DNA from: Vicinamibacterales bacterium | GTDB taxonomy: Bacteria; Acidobacteriota; Vicinamibacteria; Vicinamibacterales; UBA8438 | Length of the DNA stretch: 64,000 bases | Direction of reading: 5' to 3' | Assembly: GCA_937766455.1 (NCBI GenBank) | Contig: CALLXD010000015.1 | Location: 700 to 64,699, forward strand | In this document: positions 54,138 to 62,214 of the stretch, one piece after another | How the letters are laid out: the number at the start of each line of letters is the position of its first letter | How positions within the stretch are numbered: the first letter of the stretch is position 1 | Notes under the pieces: model-generated | Told to the model about the DNA's origin: nothing | What the model saw: only the letters and a program-made list of their open reading frames with translations | The model's database searches: none | Translations under genes and position numbers: made by a program

Positions 54138-55730
54138 TTGCTGCTCAGACCGGTCCTTCGGTGGCCCGGTACGTCTACGTTCTGGCGTCGCCTCGTCATC
54201 TACCTCCACCGCTGGTTGGGCATTGCCGGGAGCCTGCTGTTTCTCAGCTGGTTCCTGTCCGGCATGGTGCTGATGTATGCCGGCATGCCGGCAGCTGACC
54301 CCGCAGGAGCGTCTCCTCGGCGCCCCGCCGCTGGACCTCGCGCGGGCGACCGTCGGTGTCAATGAGGCGGCCGTCCAGGCCGGATTCACTCCCTCCAGCG
54401 TCCTGGTCGGCATGCACGGCGACCGGCCGGTGTATCGGTTCTCCGGTGCCAACGGCTGGTCCATGGTCTACGCCGACACCGGCGCGCTCACCGGCGGGCT
54501 GTCGGACGCGGCGGCGGTGGCCGTCGTACGCCAGTTCACCCCGGCCCATGCCGAGACGGCGACCTACGATACGCGCCTGACGGCACCGGACCAGTGGACC
54601 CTGCAGAGTCGGGCATTTTTCCCGCTGCATCGCGTGCGAGCCAACGACCGGGCCGACACGGTGCTGTATGTGTCGGACCGCACGGCTGAACCGGTCATGC
54701 GGACCACCCGGCGGACCCGCCGCTGGGCGTATGCCGGCGCGGTCCTGCATTGGCTGTATTTCACCCCGCTGCGCTCGCAGACCGCGCTCTGGTCGGACCT
54801 GGTGATCTGGCTCTCAATACTGGGATGCGTTGTGGCCGCCTCCGGGCTGGTCTGGGGCCTGTGGCGGGTATCCCCGGCTGGACGGTATCGGCTCCGTGGC
54901 AGCGCGTCGCACACGCCCTATGCCGGCCTCATGCGCTGGCATCACTACGGGGGCCTTGTGTTCGGGGTGTTCACCTTTACGTGGGTCTTGAGCGGCGGCT
55001 TGTCAATGGAGCCGTGGGGGTGGCCCCCCAGCACGTCACCGACCCGTCTGCAGCGGCAGACCGTAGCCGGCGGCGCTCCGCGCCTTGGCCCGCTCACCGT
55101 GTCGGGTGTGCGAGGATGGCGCCGCCGCCATCGCCGCGGTGTTCGAACCGAAGAGAGCTCGAAGTGGTCCACTTTCGCGGCGAGCCCTATTTGCTGGCGC
55201 GCGACCCACGGCCTCGACCCGAGGCGGCGACACTGCCCACGACATTGGCCACGCTCGCAACGGCACGCACCTCAGATCAGCGACTGGTGTCGGTGCTGCG
55301 TCCGGAGCAGGGCGCGTTTCCTCGATTCGAGAACGACGTGTTTGAGGGGCTCGCCGAGGCCGCCATGCCCGGGGTCCCCATCGTTGACGCGACCTGGCTG
55401 CGCAGCTACGACGACTACTACTACGATCGGGATGATCGACGTGTGCTGCCGGTGCTGCGCGTGCGCTACGGCGACGCGGTGGCCACGTGGCTTTACTTCG
55501 ATCCGTTCCGCGGTGCCATCGCGCGAAAAGAAGAACGTCTCACGCGACTGAATCGCTGGCTGTATCACGGTTTGCACAGTCTCGACTTCCGGTTCTTGTA
55601 CGCCAAGCGACCGTTGTGGGACGTCGTGGTCATTCTGCTGAGTCTTGGAGGCATTCTGGTAAGTGTGACCTCACTTCGGCAGGGATGGCGTCGTTTACGC
55701 CGACATGCGCGCCGCGTCCTGTCGTCTTGA
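54138..55730 (+). pseudogene. PepSY-associated TM-helix protein (FoxB/PiuB-like membrane reductase family), disrupted by at least two and probably three frameshifts
   Basis: The N-terminal TM part (FWRRLVIYLHRWLGIAGSLLFLSWFLSGMVLMYAGMP) is in frame 0. The middle part (LTPQERLLGAPPLDL...HWLYFTPLRS...HHYGGLVFGVFTFTWVLSGGLSMEPWGW) is in frame +1. A short stretch (EDGAAAIAAVFEPK) is in frame +2. The C-terminal part (ELEVVHFRGEPYLL...LNRWLYHGLHSLDFRFLY) returns to frame 0. Confidence 0.8.
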
Positions 55731-55920
55731 CGTCGGGCGGGTCGCGAGGTACACTCCGCGCCACCGCGCTGTGATGGGCCGTGCGTCCGGTCGGGAGGGG
55801 GCCAGAGCCCCTTGGCGGTCGGGTTCGTTTTTGTTCGCCGGGCGTCGGCTGTGAAGCCGGTCGCAGCCGCGGTCGCGAGGGGACATTGAGTTGTCTCGCG
55901 TTCCATCTGAGGTTTTCGAC

Positions 55921-56439
55921 ATGCGATTTCTAAGTTTGATGCTGGTGATGGTGGTCACGCTCTCCTGCGCGACGACGATGCAGGCGCAAGCCCCTGCCCG
56001 CGAGCCGGTCGGGGATCTCGCGCAGGTCATGCGCGCCATTCTGTTTCCCAACTCGAATATCTTGTTCGACGTCCAGTCGCGCGATCCGGACGCGCCCCCC
56101 GAGCCCAACGCTGACGGCACGGTCACAGCGACGTTCGCTGGCATTTATACCGGATGGGCGCAGGTGGAGACTGCCGCCATCGCTCTCGCCGAGTCAGCCC
56201 AGTTGATTGCGATGGAGGGGCGCCTGTGCCAGAACGGCAAGCCGGTGCCGCTGGGCGACGAGGCCTTCATGCAGTACACGAGGGACCTGGTTGACGTCGG
56301 CCGCCGTGCCTACGAGGTGGCCCAGACCAAGGACCTCGAGGCGATGTCCGAGATGACCAATGAGGTCGCCGGTGCGTGCGAGAACTGCCACACCGCCTAT
56401 CGCCGTTACCCCGAAGAAAATCGTTGCACCGCTCCATAG
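55921..56439 (+). CDS. Class II (c'-type) cytochrome c, exported; paralogue of 53617..54102
   Basis: It has a signal peptide (MRFLSLMLVMVVTLSCATTMQA) and a single CENCH motif near the C-terminus, with helical segments between. Confidence 0.7.
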   Translation: MRFLSLMLVMVVTLSCATTMQAQAPAREPVGDLAQVMRAILFPNSNILFDVQSRDPDAPPEPNADGTVTATFAGIYTGWAQVETAAIALAESAQLIAMEGRLCQNGKPVPLGDEAFMQYTRDLVDVGRRAYEVAQTKDLEAMSEMTNEVAGACENCHTAYRRYPEENRCTAP

Positions 56440-56486
56440 CCGCGGATCGACGTGAGCGACGCACGATGCACACTGGCTGAGGGGAC

Positions 56487-57017
56487 TTGCTGATGCTACG
56501 AAGCCTGTTTGAGTTTGTAGACGCGCTGCCGAGCAGCGTGGCGTGGCGTGAATCGTTGAATGCCTACGTCTACCTGCTGACGGCCCACGTTGTGAGCATG
56601 GGGGTGGTCGCCGGGATCATCAGCTATTGGGATATGCGTCTGGCCGGGATGGCGCTCAAGTGGATTCCCGTGTCGAAGGTCCAGTCCGGCTTGTTCCCGT
56701 GGCTGTATGGCGGGACGGCGGTCAACGCGGGGACCGGGCTGCTGATGGTGTACAGCCAGCCGATGCGGTACTATCCCAACTTCTGGTTCTGGCTGAAGAT
56801 GGGTATGCTGCTCGTGCTGGTCGCGAATGCGGCCTATTTTCACCTGAGCATCGAGAAGACGGTGGAAAAGTGGGACAACGATCCGGTGGCACCGCTGAAG
56901 GCGAGAGTGGCCGGATACGTGTCGTTGGCGTTCTGGGCCGGGGTCATTGCCACCGGGCGGATGACGGCCTACAGCGGATTGGTCCCCCAGTGGTGGATCG
57001 ATCTGGGTCTGGGGTAA
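56487..57017 (+). CDS. Four-TM membrane protein of unknown function (DUF6644-like), copy A
   Basis: 176 aa. It shares the motifs H-in-TM1 ... D-x-R-L-x-G, F-W-x-W-x-K-M and T-G-R with the next gene. Confidence 0.7.
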   Translation: MLMLRSLFEFVDALPSSVAWRESLNAYVYLLTAHVVSMGVVAGIISYWDMRLAGMALKWIPVSKVQSGLFPWLYGGTAVNAGTGLLMVYSQPMRYYPNFWFWLKMGMLLVLVANAAYFHLSIEKTVEKWDNDPVAPLKARVAGYVSLAFWAGVIATGRMTAYSGLVPQWWIDLGLG

Positions 57018-57026
57018 ACACGCACT

Positions 57027-57506
57027 ATGTCGCTCCAACCTTTTTTCCAGTGGATGCAGACGCAGCCGTTCGCTGCCTTTTTTCTGGAGTCGATCTGGCC
57101 GACGCCGATCGTGCAGTGCATACATCTGATCTCAGTCGCGGTGTTCGCCGGGGCGCTGCTGATCGTAGACTTGCGGCTGCTGGGGCGTGGGCTCACCTCA
57201 TCGTCGATTCCGAAACTGGCGAGTGCGGCCCAGCCCTGGCTGGTCTGGAGCTTCGTTGCGCTCATCGTGTCCGGTATTCCGCAGATGATGTCGACGGCGC
57301 TGAAGGAGTACTACAGCCCGTTCTTTTGGTGGAAAATGGAGATGGTGTTCCTCGGCGCCATCGTCACGTTCGTCGTGCGAAAAAGAATTGCGTCCAAGGA
57401 AGAAGGACACTTTGGCCCTGTGTGGCCCAAAGTGGTGGGCATGACCTCGATCGCGCTCTGGACGAGCGTCACAATTGGGGCTCGTTTGATCGGATTGCTC
57501 TCGTAG
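57027..57506 (+). CDS. Four-TM membrane protein of unknown function (DUF6644-like), copy B
   Basis: 159 aa, starting 9 nt after copy A. Its motifs are FLESIWPTPIVQCIHLISVAVFAGALLIVDLRLLGRG, FFWWKMEM and IGARLIG. Confidence 0.7.
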   Translation: MSLQPFFQWMQTQPFAAFFLESIWPTPIVQCIHLISVAVFAGALLIVDLRLLGRGLTSSSIPKLASAAQPWLVWSFVALIVSGIPQMMSTALKEYYSPFFWWKMEMVFLGAIVTFVVRKRIASKEEGHFGPVWPKVVGMTSIALWTSVTIGARLIGLLS

Positions 57507-57581
57507 GGACAGCGACGCTGCAATGGCCCGAGGGGTCATGCCAGTCAGACACGCGCAGGGCGTGCAAGGAGACATAGCAAG

Positions 57582-58472
57582 ATGCGAAATCGGTTGAGAA
57601 CGACAATTATTGCCAGCGCGGCGGCTGCCGTCGTGGCGGTTGGCATGTCCTTCACGGTGCAGTCCGTCGAAGGGCAGCAGGGTTATCAGGCGCCACAGAC
57701 GGCAGACGGCAAGCCTGATTTGAACGGCATTTGGCAGGCTGTCAGCAGTGCGCATTTCGACGTCGAACCGCATGCGGCGCGGTTCGGGCCGGTCGTTGAG
57801 ATGGCGGCTCACGGCGCCATTCCGGGCGGACTGGGTATCGTCCAAGGTGGTGAAATTCCGTATCGACCCGAAGCCCGAGCGAAGCAGCAGGAGAACCTCC
57901 AGTATTGGTTGGAGCGCGATCCCGCCACAAAGTGCTACATGCCGGGTGTGCCGCGCGCCACCTACATGCCGTTTCCGTTCCAGTTGGTCCAGACCCCTGA
58001 GTACGTGCTGCTGGCATACGAGTTCGCGAGTGCGAGCCGCATCGTCTACATGGACCGGCCAGATTTCGAAGCGCCCGTCGACTCGTGGATGGGCCACAAC
58101 ATCGGTAGCTGGGACGGCGATACCCTGGTCATTGATGTGACGGCGCAAATGCCTGACACCTGGTTGGACCAGTCTGGCAACCACCACAGCAACTCGATTC
58201 ACGTGGTGGAGCGCTACACGGCGCTGAGCGAAAACCACCTCATGTATGAGGCCACCATCACCGACCCCGAGACCTACACGCGACCCTGGACCATTCAGTT
58301 GCCGCTGTATCGCCGAATCGACGAGAACATGCAGTTGCTCGAGTTCAAGTGTGTCGAGTTTGCTGAGGAGCTGATGTATGGGCACCTTCGTAAAGACCCG
58401 GATCTGACGCCAACCTACCGTGCCAGTGGCCACGGGTCTGACCGCCAGATCGCTCTTGAACCGCCGCAGTAG
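57582..58472 (+). CDS. Secreted hypothetical protein (~30 kDa)
   Basis: An AAGGAG Shine-Dalgarno sequence and a signal peptide (IIASAAAAVVAVGMSF) are present. Conserved-looking blocks are DGKPDLNGIWQA, GSWDGDTLVIDV, VVERYTALSENHLMYEATITDPETYTRPWT. I recall no named domain. Confidence 0.7.
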   Translation: MRNRLRTTIIASAAAAVVAVGMSFTVQSVEGQQGYQAPQTADGKPDLNGIWQAVSSAHFDVEPHAARFGPVVEMAAHGAIPGGLGIVQGGEIPYRPEARAKQQENLQYWLERDPATKCYMPGVPRATYMPFPFQLVQTPEYVLLAYEFASASRIVYMDRPDFEAPVDSWMGHNIGSWDGDTLVIDVTAQMPDTWLDQSGNHHSNSIHVVERYTALSENHLMYEATITDPETYTRPWTIQLPLYRRIDENMQLLEFKCVEFAEELMYGHLRKDPDLTPTYRASGHGSDRQIALEPPQ

Positions 58473-58513
58473 GTAGAGTGAGTTTCACGTTGTCGCATCG
58501 CCTCGTATCGGTG

Positions 58514-58542
58514 TTGACGCCAGCGTGTGAAATGTTGATAAT
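58514..58542 (+). promoter_or_regulatory. Near-consensus sigma70 promoter in an AT-rich spacer upstream of the DUF6152-like gene
   Basis: TTGACG (58514-58519), 17-nt spacer, GATAAT (58537-58542). A GGAGG Shine-Dalgarno sequence starts at about 58568, and the ATG is at 58583. Confidence 0.6.
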
Positions 58543-58582
58543 CAACGAAGGTTTTATTTTCTAGATTTTGGAGGCGAATTAG

Positions 58583-58999
58583 ATGCGAAGAAACATTGCC
58601 ATCGTCTTGGCTGGGGTTGTCATGGCGTTGGCCACCGTGCCGGTGGTCGCGCATCATGCGTTCTCGGCTGAATTTGACGCCAACCGTCCAATCCATCTCG
58701 AGGGCAAAGTGGTGAAGATGGAGTGGATCAACCCGCACGCATGGGTTCATCTTGAAATTGAGGATGGGACTGTGTGGATGGTTGAGGGCGGAACGCCCAA
58801 CACGCTACTCCGCCGTGGTTTCACGAAGAACTCGCTGCTTCCAGGCACCGAGATCATCGTTGACGGGTATCAGGCGAAGGACGGTTCCGACAAGGGGAAC
58901 GGCCGAGACCTGACATTCAAGGACGGGCGCAAACTGTTCATGGGTTCGTCAGGAACCGGTGCGCCGACCGATGGTCGCGACGCCACGGAACCTGAATAG
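58583..58999 (+). CDS. DUF6152-like small periplasmic protein; predicted mature N-terminus His-His
   Basis: 138 aa. The signal peptide ends ..TVPVVA, followed by HHAFSAEFD..., then LEGKVVKMEWINPHAWVHL and GGTPNTLLRRGF..LLPG..I.VDGYQAKDGS. This matches my recollection of DUF6152 (AHHSF..FD...G.V..W.NPH). Confidence 0.75.
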   Translation: MRRNIAIVLAGVVMALATVPVVAHHAFSAEFDANRPIHLEGKVVKMEWINPHAWVHLEIEDGTVWMVEGGTPNTLLRRGFTKNSLLPGTEIIVDGYQAKDGSDKGNGRDLTFKDGRKLFMGSSGTGAPTDGRDATEPE

Positions 59000-59038
59000 A
59001 GGGTAGACCGTCGAGCAGTTCGACGGACGAATTGAAGA

Positions 59039-59075
59039 GAGCCTGGACGCGCGAGCGTCCGGGCTCTTTTTTTTT
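59039..59075 (+). terminator. Strong rho-independent terminator after the DUF6152-like gene
   Basis: GAGCCTGGACGC-GCGA-GCGTCCGGGCTC (12-bp stem with a GNRA tetraloop) followed by a T9 run. A second 7-bp hairpin lies at 59010-59028. Confidence 0.9.
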
Positions 59076-59220
59076 GAGCGCGACACGGCGGGCGTCACCG
59101 CAAGAGGTTTTGCTTGAATCGGGGAGCCCAACAGGTGTACAACCCTGTGTTCACGGATTCTCTCTTGTTGGCTTGAACGGCGGCGCCGGCACACCGGACG
59201 CTGGTAAAGGGTGGTTGGCG

Positions 59221-59832
59221 ATGGTGACGCGTACGTTCATCGTAGTAGCGGTCCTGGCCGTCCCGCTGTCCGGGGCCGCGCAATCGAACGGCCCGGAGTC
59301 GGCTGAACAGTCGTCCCTTTCCAGCCGGGCCTCAGATCTGTCGATGGGGCCTCAGGTGGGGGACTGGTCACTGCAATTGGGCGGCTCGTTCTTCCGTGAG
59401 TCCTGGGATCTCAACGTGTTCCGAGAGCGGCTCGCGGGCGCGTCCGCCAGCGCGTTTCGGCAGCTCACGCCACGGTGGGCGATAGGGATAGAGACCAACC
59501 TGCTGCATGTTCGACAGGATCCGCTGAAGGACGTGCTACTGCCTGCGGTCAATGTCCTGGCTCGGTGGAGCGCCCTACAGCTGGGCAAGACGGTGCTCTT
59601 CATCGAGGGGGGCGGTGGGCTCTCATACGCCTCAGGTCTGGTACCATACGAGGGGACGCGATTTAATTTTGTCTCGCAGACCGGTGTCGGTCTCTTGCGT
59701 CCCGTCTCCCCCCGTGTCGATCTGTTGGGAGGGGCTCGGTGGCTCCACGTGTCTAACAATGGACTCGACGGCAGTCGACGGAACCCGGACATTCAAGCGC
59801 TCGGATTCTACGTTGGCTGGGGTCTGCACTGA
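59221..59832 (+). CDS. Acyloxyacyl hydrolase / lipid A 3-O-deacylase (PagL)-like outer-membrane beta-barrel
   Basis: It has a signal peptide, alternating beta-strand pattern, the catalytic-site-like WLHVSNNG (H-x-S-N) block and a C-terminal aromatic-rich strand (GFYVGWGLH). Confidence 0.7.
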   Translation: MVTRTFIVVAVLAVPLSGAAQSNGPESAEQSSLSSRASDLSMGPQVGDWSLQLGGSFFRESWDLNVFRERLAGASASAFRQLTPRWAIGIETNLLHVRQDPLKDVLLPAVNVLARWSALQLGKTVLFIEGGGGLSYASGLVPYEGTRFNFVSQTGVGLLRPVSPRVDLLGGARWLHVSNNGLDGSRRNPDIQALGFYVGWGLH

Positions 59833-59942
59833 GTCGCTGTTCCGATGTACCGCCTGGTGTCCCAGCGTGTGCGGCTGACGGATGCGGCCGTCTCGCGCCG
59901 GAACAGTGGAGACGGTCACGCGCGCGCGGACGCTCGCGTAGA

Positions 59943-60914
59943 ATGGAGACGGCGAGTTCCATGGCCAAGACTCCCTTCCACGTCCATTCGGCGCTCACAC
60001 TCGCATCACTCGCGCTAGCCGCCGTGGCGCTGGCCGCGGCCCCGGGGGCCCAGCGGCGCAACGACGGCACCGACATCTTCCGGTCCGGTGTGGACGTGGT
60101 GCAGGTGACGGCGACCGTCACTGATGCGGACGGTCGACTCGTCGTAGACCTTGAGCGGGATGACTTCGAGATCTTCGAGGACGGACACCTCCAAACGCTG
60201 ACCCACTTCACGCGCGATCGGGTGCCGCTCAGTCTCGGCGTCGTGCTCGACATCAGTCAGAGCATGTCTGGCCAGCGCATCGATGACTCGCGGCTCGCCC
60301 TTGACCAGTTTCTCGCCGATCGTCTCGACCCCGCCGACGAAGTATTCGTGATCGTGTTCAACCACAGCCCGGTGGTGGAGGTGTCATGGATGCGCGGTCC
60401 GCGTCGTGTCCGTCACCGTCTCGACTCCATTCGTCCCTGGGGCGGCACGAGTATCTACGATGCCATGGTGGAGGCACTGCCGCTGTTCGAGTCGCGGGCG
60501 AACCAGCGAGCCGCCGTGGTGCTGATTTCAGACGGGGCCGACACCGGGAGCCGCGCGGATGTGCGCGACGTCCGGCGTCAATTGCGCCGGAGCGACGCGT
60601 TCGTGTACGCCATCGCGATTGATGCACCCGAGACTCGCGCGATCAATGATCGGGTGAACCCGTCCGCCTTACGTGAAATGACGACGGAGAGTGGCGGCTA
60701 CACGGAGGTGGTGCACGACAGTCCTGAGCTGGCGCCGGCGACGGCTCGCATTGCGGACGAACTCAACCATCAGTACACGCTCAGCTACACGCCGACCCGG
60801 TCGGCGGATGGCACGTATCGGTCGATCCGAGTGCGCGTCGCAGGCGACTACCGCGTCCGCAACCGTCGAGGGTATGTCGCCGACCCTCATCTGGGCGGCG
60901 ACGCCGGTCGTTAG
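59943..60914 (+). CDS. VWA-domain protein of the acidobacterial VWFA-related type
   Basis: The N-terminal block is FRSGVDVVQVTATVTDADGRLVVDLERDDFEIFEDG. The MIDAS motif is VLDISQSMSG. Other blocks are GGTSIYDA, LISDGADT and the C-terminal YTLSYTPT...YRSIRVRV. Confidence 0.85.
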   Translation: METASSMAKTPFHVHSALTLASLALAAVALAAAPGAQRRNDGTDIFRSGVDVVQVTATVTDADGRLVVDLERDDFEIFEDGHLQTLTHFTRDRVPLSLGVVLDISQSMSGQRIDDSRLALDQFLADRLDPADEVFVIVFNHSPVVEVSWMRGPRRVRHRLDSIRPWGGTSIYDAMVEALPLFESRANQRAAVVLISDGADTGSRADVRDVRRQLRRSDAFVYAIAIDAPETRAINDRVNPSALREMTTESGGYTEVVHDSPELAPATARIADELNHQYTLSYTPTRSADGTYRSIRVRVAGDYRVRNRRGYVADPHLGGDAGR

Positions 60915-60946
60915 AAGAACCCACACCACACCCGTCCAGGTGATAC

Positions 60947-61363
60947 ATGTCGCACGTGTACGATAACTTGACGCACCGTGAAAACAAACGACGTCAGACG
61001 GACCACCTGCGTCCGCACGATCTCGATCCCGATGATGTCGCGACGGCGACCGGACCCAGAACGCAGGTGAAAGACTTCGATCGCCACCTCGACGGCTGGC
61101 TCGACGACCTGGAGGGCCGGTTGGCTCCTGCAGGTCGCCAGACGCCACAACGTGGACCGGACGACCACACGGTACCGGAGACGGCCCTGGGGGGCCGCGC
61201 GCTGGCTGAGGCCGAGGCCGATGCCGAGGCGGGACAGCGCGACCGCGCACGGTTCGAGACCTTGGTCACGGTCGTCAGGGAGATGGCCTCCGAGATGCGG
61301 TCGCTCAGGAACGACGTGGAGCAGATCAAGGCCACGATGGATGAGAGGGCGTGTGGTCAGTGA
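60947..61363 (+). CDS. Hypothetical protein (charged, C-terminal coiled-coil-like)
   Basis: The 138-aa ORF has GC3-rich codon usage consistent with coding. I recognise no motif. Confidence 0.45.
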   Translation: MSHVYDNLTHRENKRRQTDHLRPHDLDPDDVATATGPRTQVKDFDRHLDGWLDDLEGRLAPAGRQTPQRGPDDHTVPETALGGRALAEAEADAEAGQRDRARFETLVTVVREMASEMRSLRNDVEQIKATMDERACGQ

Positions 61364-61502
61364 CACTCGTGCGCTCGTGGCCGGACGGCCCGCCCCTGAC
61401 GACCGGCCGTCGGAGTGATTCGAACCCGCCAGCGCGGCCCGCGGCGGCGGCCCCCTCGTTCGGAATCACGCCGGTGGCGGCAGGCCGGGGTATCGTGAAC
61501 TG

Positions 61503-62210
61503 ATGCCGGCTCTCCAGGCGCACGATCTACGCAAGGTGTATGGGCACGGCGAGAGTGGCGTGGCTGCAGTCCGTGGCGTCAGTGTCGAGCTCATGGCCGG
61601 CGACTGTGTGGCGGTTGTCGGACCGTCCGGGTGCGGGAAGTCGACGCTGTTGCACCTGTGCGGAGGCATGGACCGTCCGACCGCCGGCTCCGTGGTGGTC
61701 GACGGTGTCACGCTGGCCGGTCTCGGCGACGATGGACTCACGCAGCTGCGACGGGAGCGCGTGGGGTTCGTGTTTCAGTTCTTCAATCTCCTCCCGACAC
61801 TGACACTGAGCGAGAACATCGCCTTACCGCTGCTGCTGGCTGGCGTCTCCGCCGGGGAAGGCGCGGATCGGGCCCGCTCCTGCGCCGACGCCGTTGGCCT
61901 CTCACATCGTCTGCATCACTACCCCTCGCAGGTATCCGGCGGTGAGTTGCAACGGTCGGCGGTGGCTCGAGCCGTGATCCACCGGCCGGCGCTGCTCATT
62001 GCGGACGAGCCGACCGGCAATCTGGATACTGATAACGGTCGCCGCGTCCTCGACATCCTGCGCACCTTGAACGAGGACACCGGAGTTGCGGTGTTGCTCG
62101 CTACGCACGACCAGGCGGTTGCCGCGCGCGCTGATCGGATTCTACGCATGCGCGATGGCCTCGTGGTCGTCCCTGCCGACGCGACTCGCGCGGCGTTGCC
62201 TCACGCGTGA
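61503..62210 (+). CDS. ABC transporter ATP-binding protein (MacB/LolD-type)
   Basis: It has Walker A (GPSGCGKST), the Q-loop, the signature SGGELQR, Walker B ([12 protein letters not shown]) and the [13 protein letters not shown] block. Confidence 0.95.
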   Translation: MPALQAHDLRKVYGHGESGVAAVRGVSVELMAGDCVAVVGPSGCGKSTLLHLCGGMDRPTAGSVVVDGVTLAGLGDDGLTQLRRERVGFVFQFFNLLPTLTLSENIALPLLLAGVSAGEGADRARSCADAVGLSHRLHHYPSQVSGGELQRSAVARAVIHRPALLIADEPTGNLDTDNGRRVLDILRTLNEDTGVAVLLATHDQAVAARADRILRMRDGLVVVPADATRAALPHA

Positions 62211-62214
62211 TCCT

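Noticed and set aside
54277-55160. Programmed ribosomal frameshifting in the PepSY-TM gene
   Set aside because: Three separate frame changes are needed. None has a slippery heptamer or a stimulatory structure that I could see. Decay or sequence error is the simpler explanation.
57198-58433. 411-aa minus-strand ORF
   Set aside because: It lies antisense to the DUF6644-like copy B and the secreted 296-aa gene. The plus-strand genes have signal peptides, Shine-Dalgarno sequences and better codon bias.
60669-61366. Minus-strand ORFs (193 aa, 151 aa, 113 aa) overlapping the end of the VWA gene and the hypothetical gene 60947..61363
   Set aside because: They are Arg/Pro/Ser-rich. The plus-strand reading has better GC3 bias and fits the co-directional gene order. 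The plus-strand hypothetical gene is itself only moderately supported.
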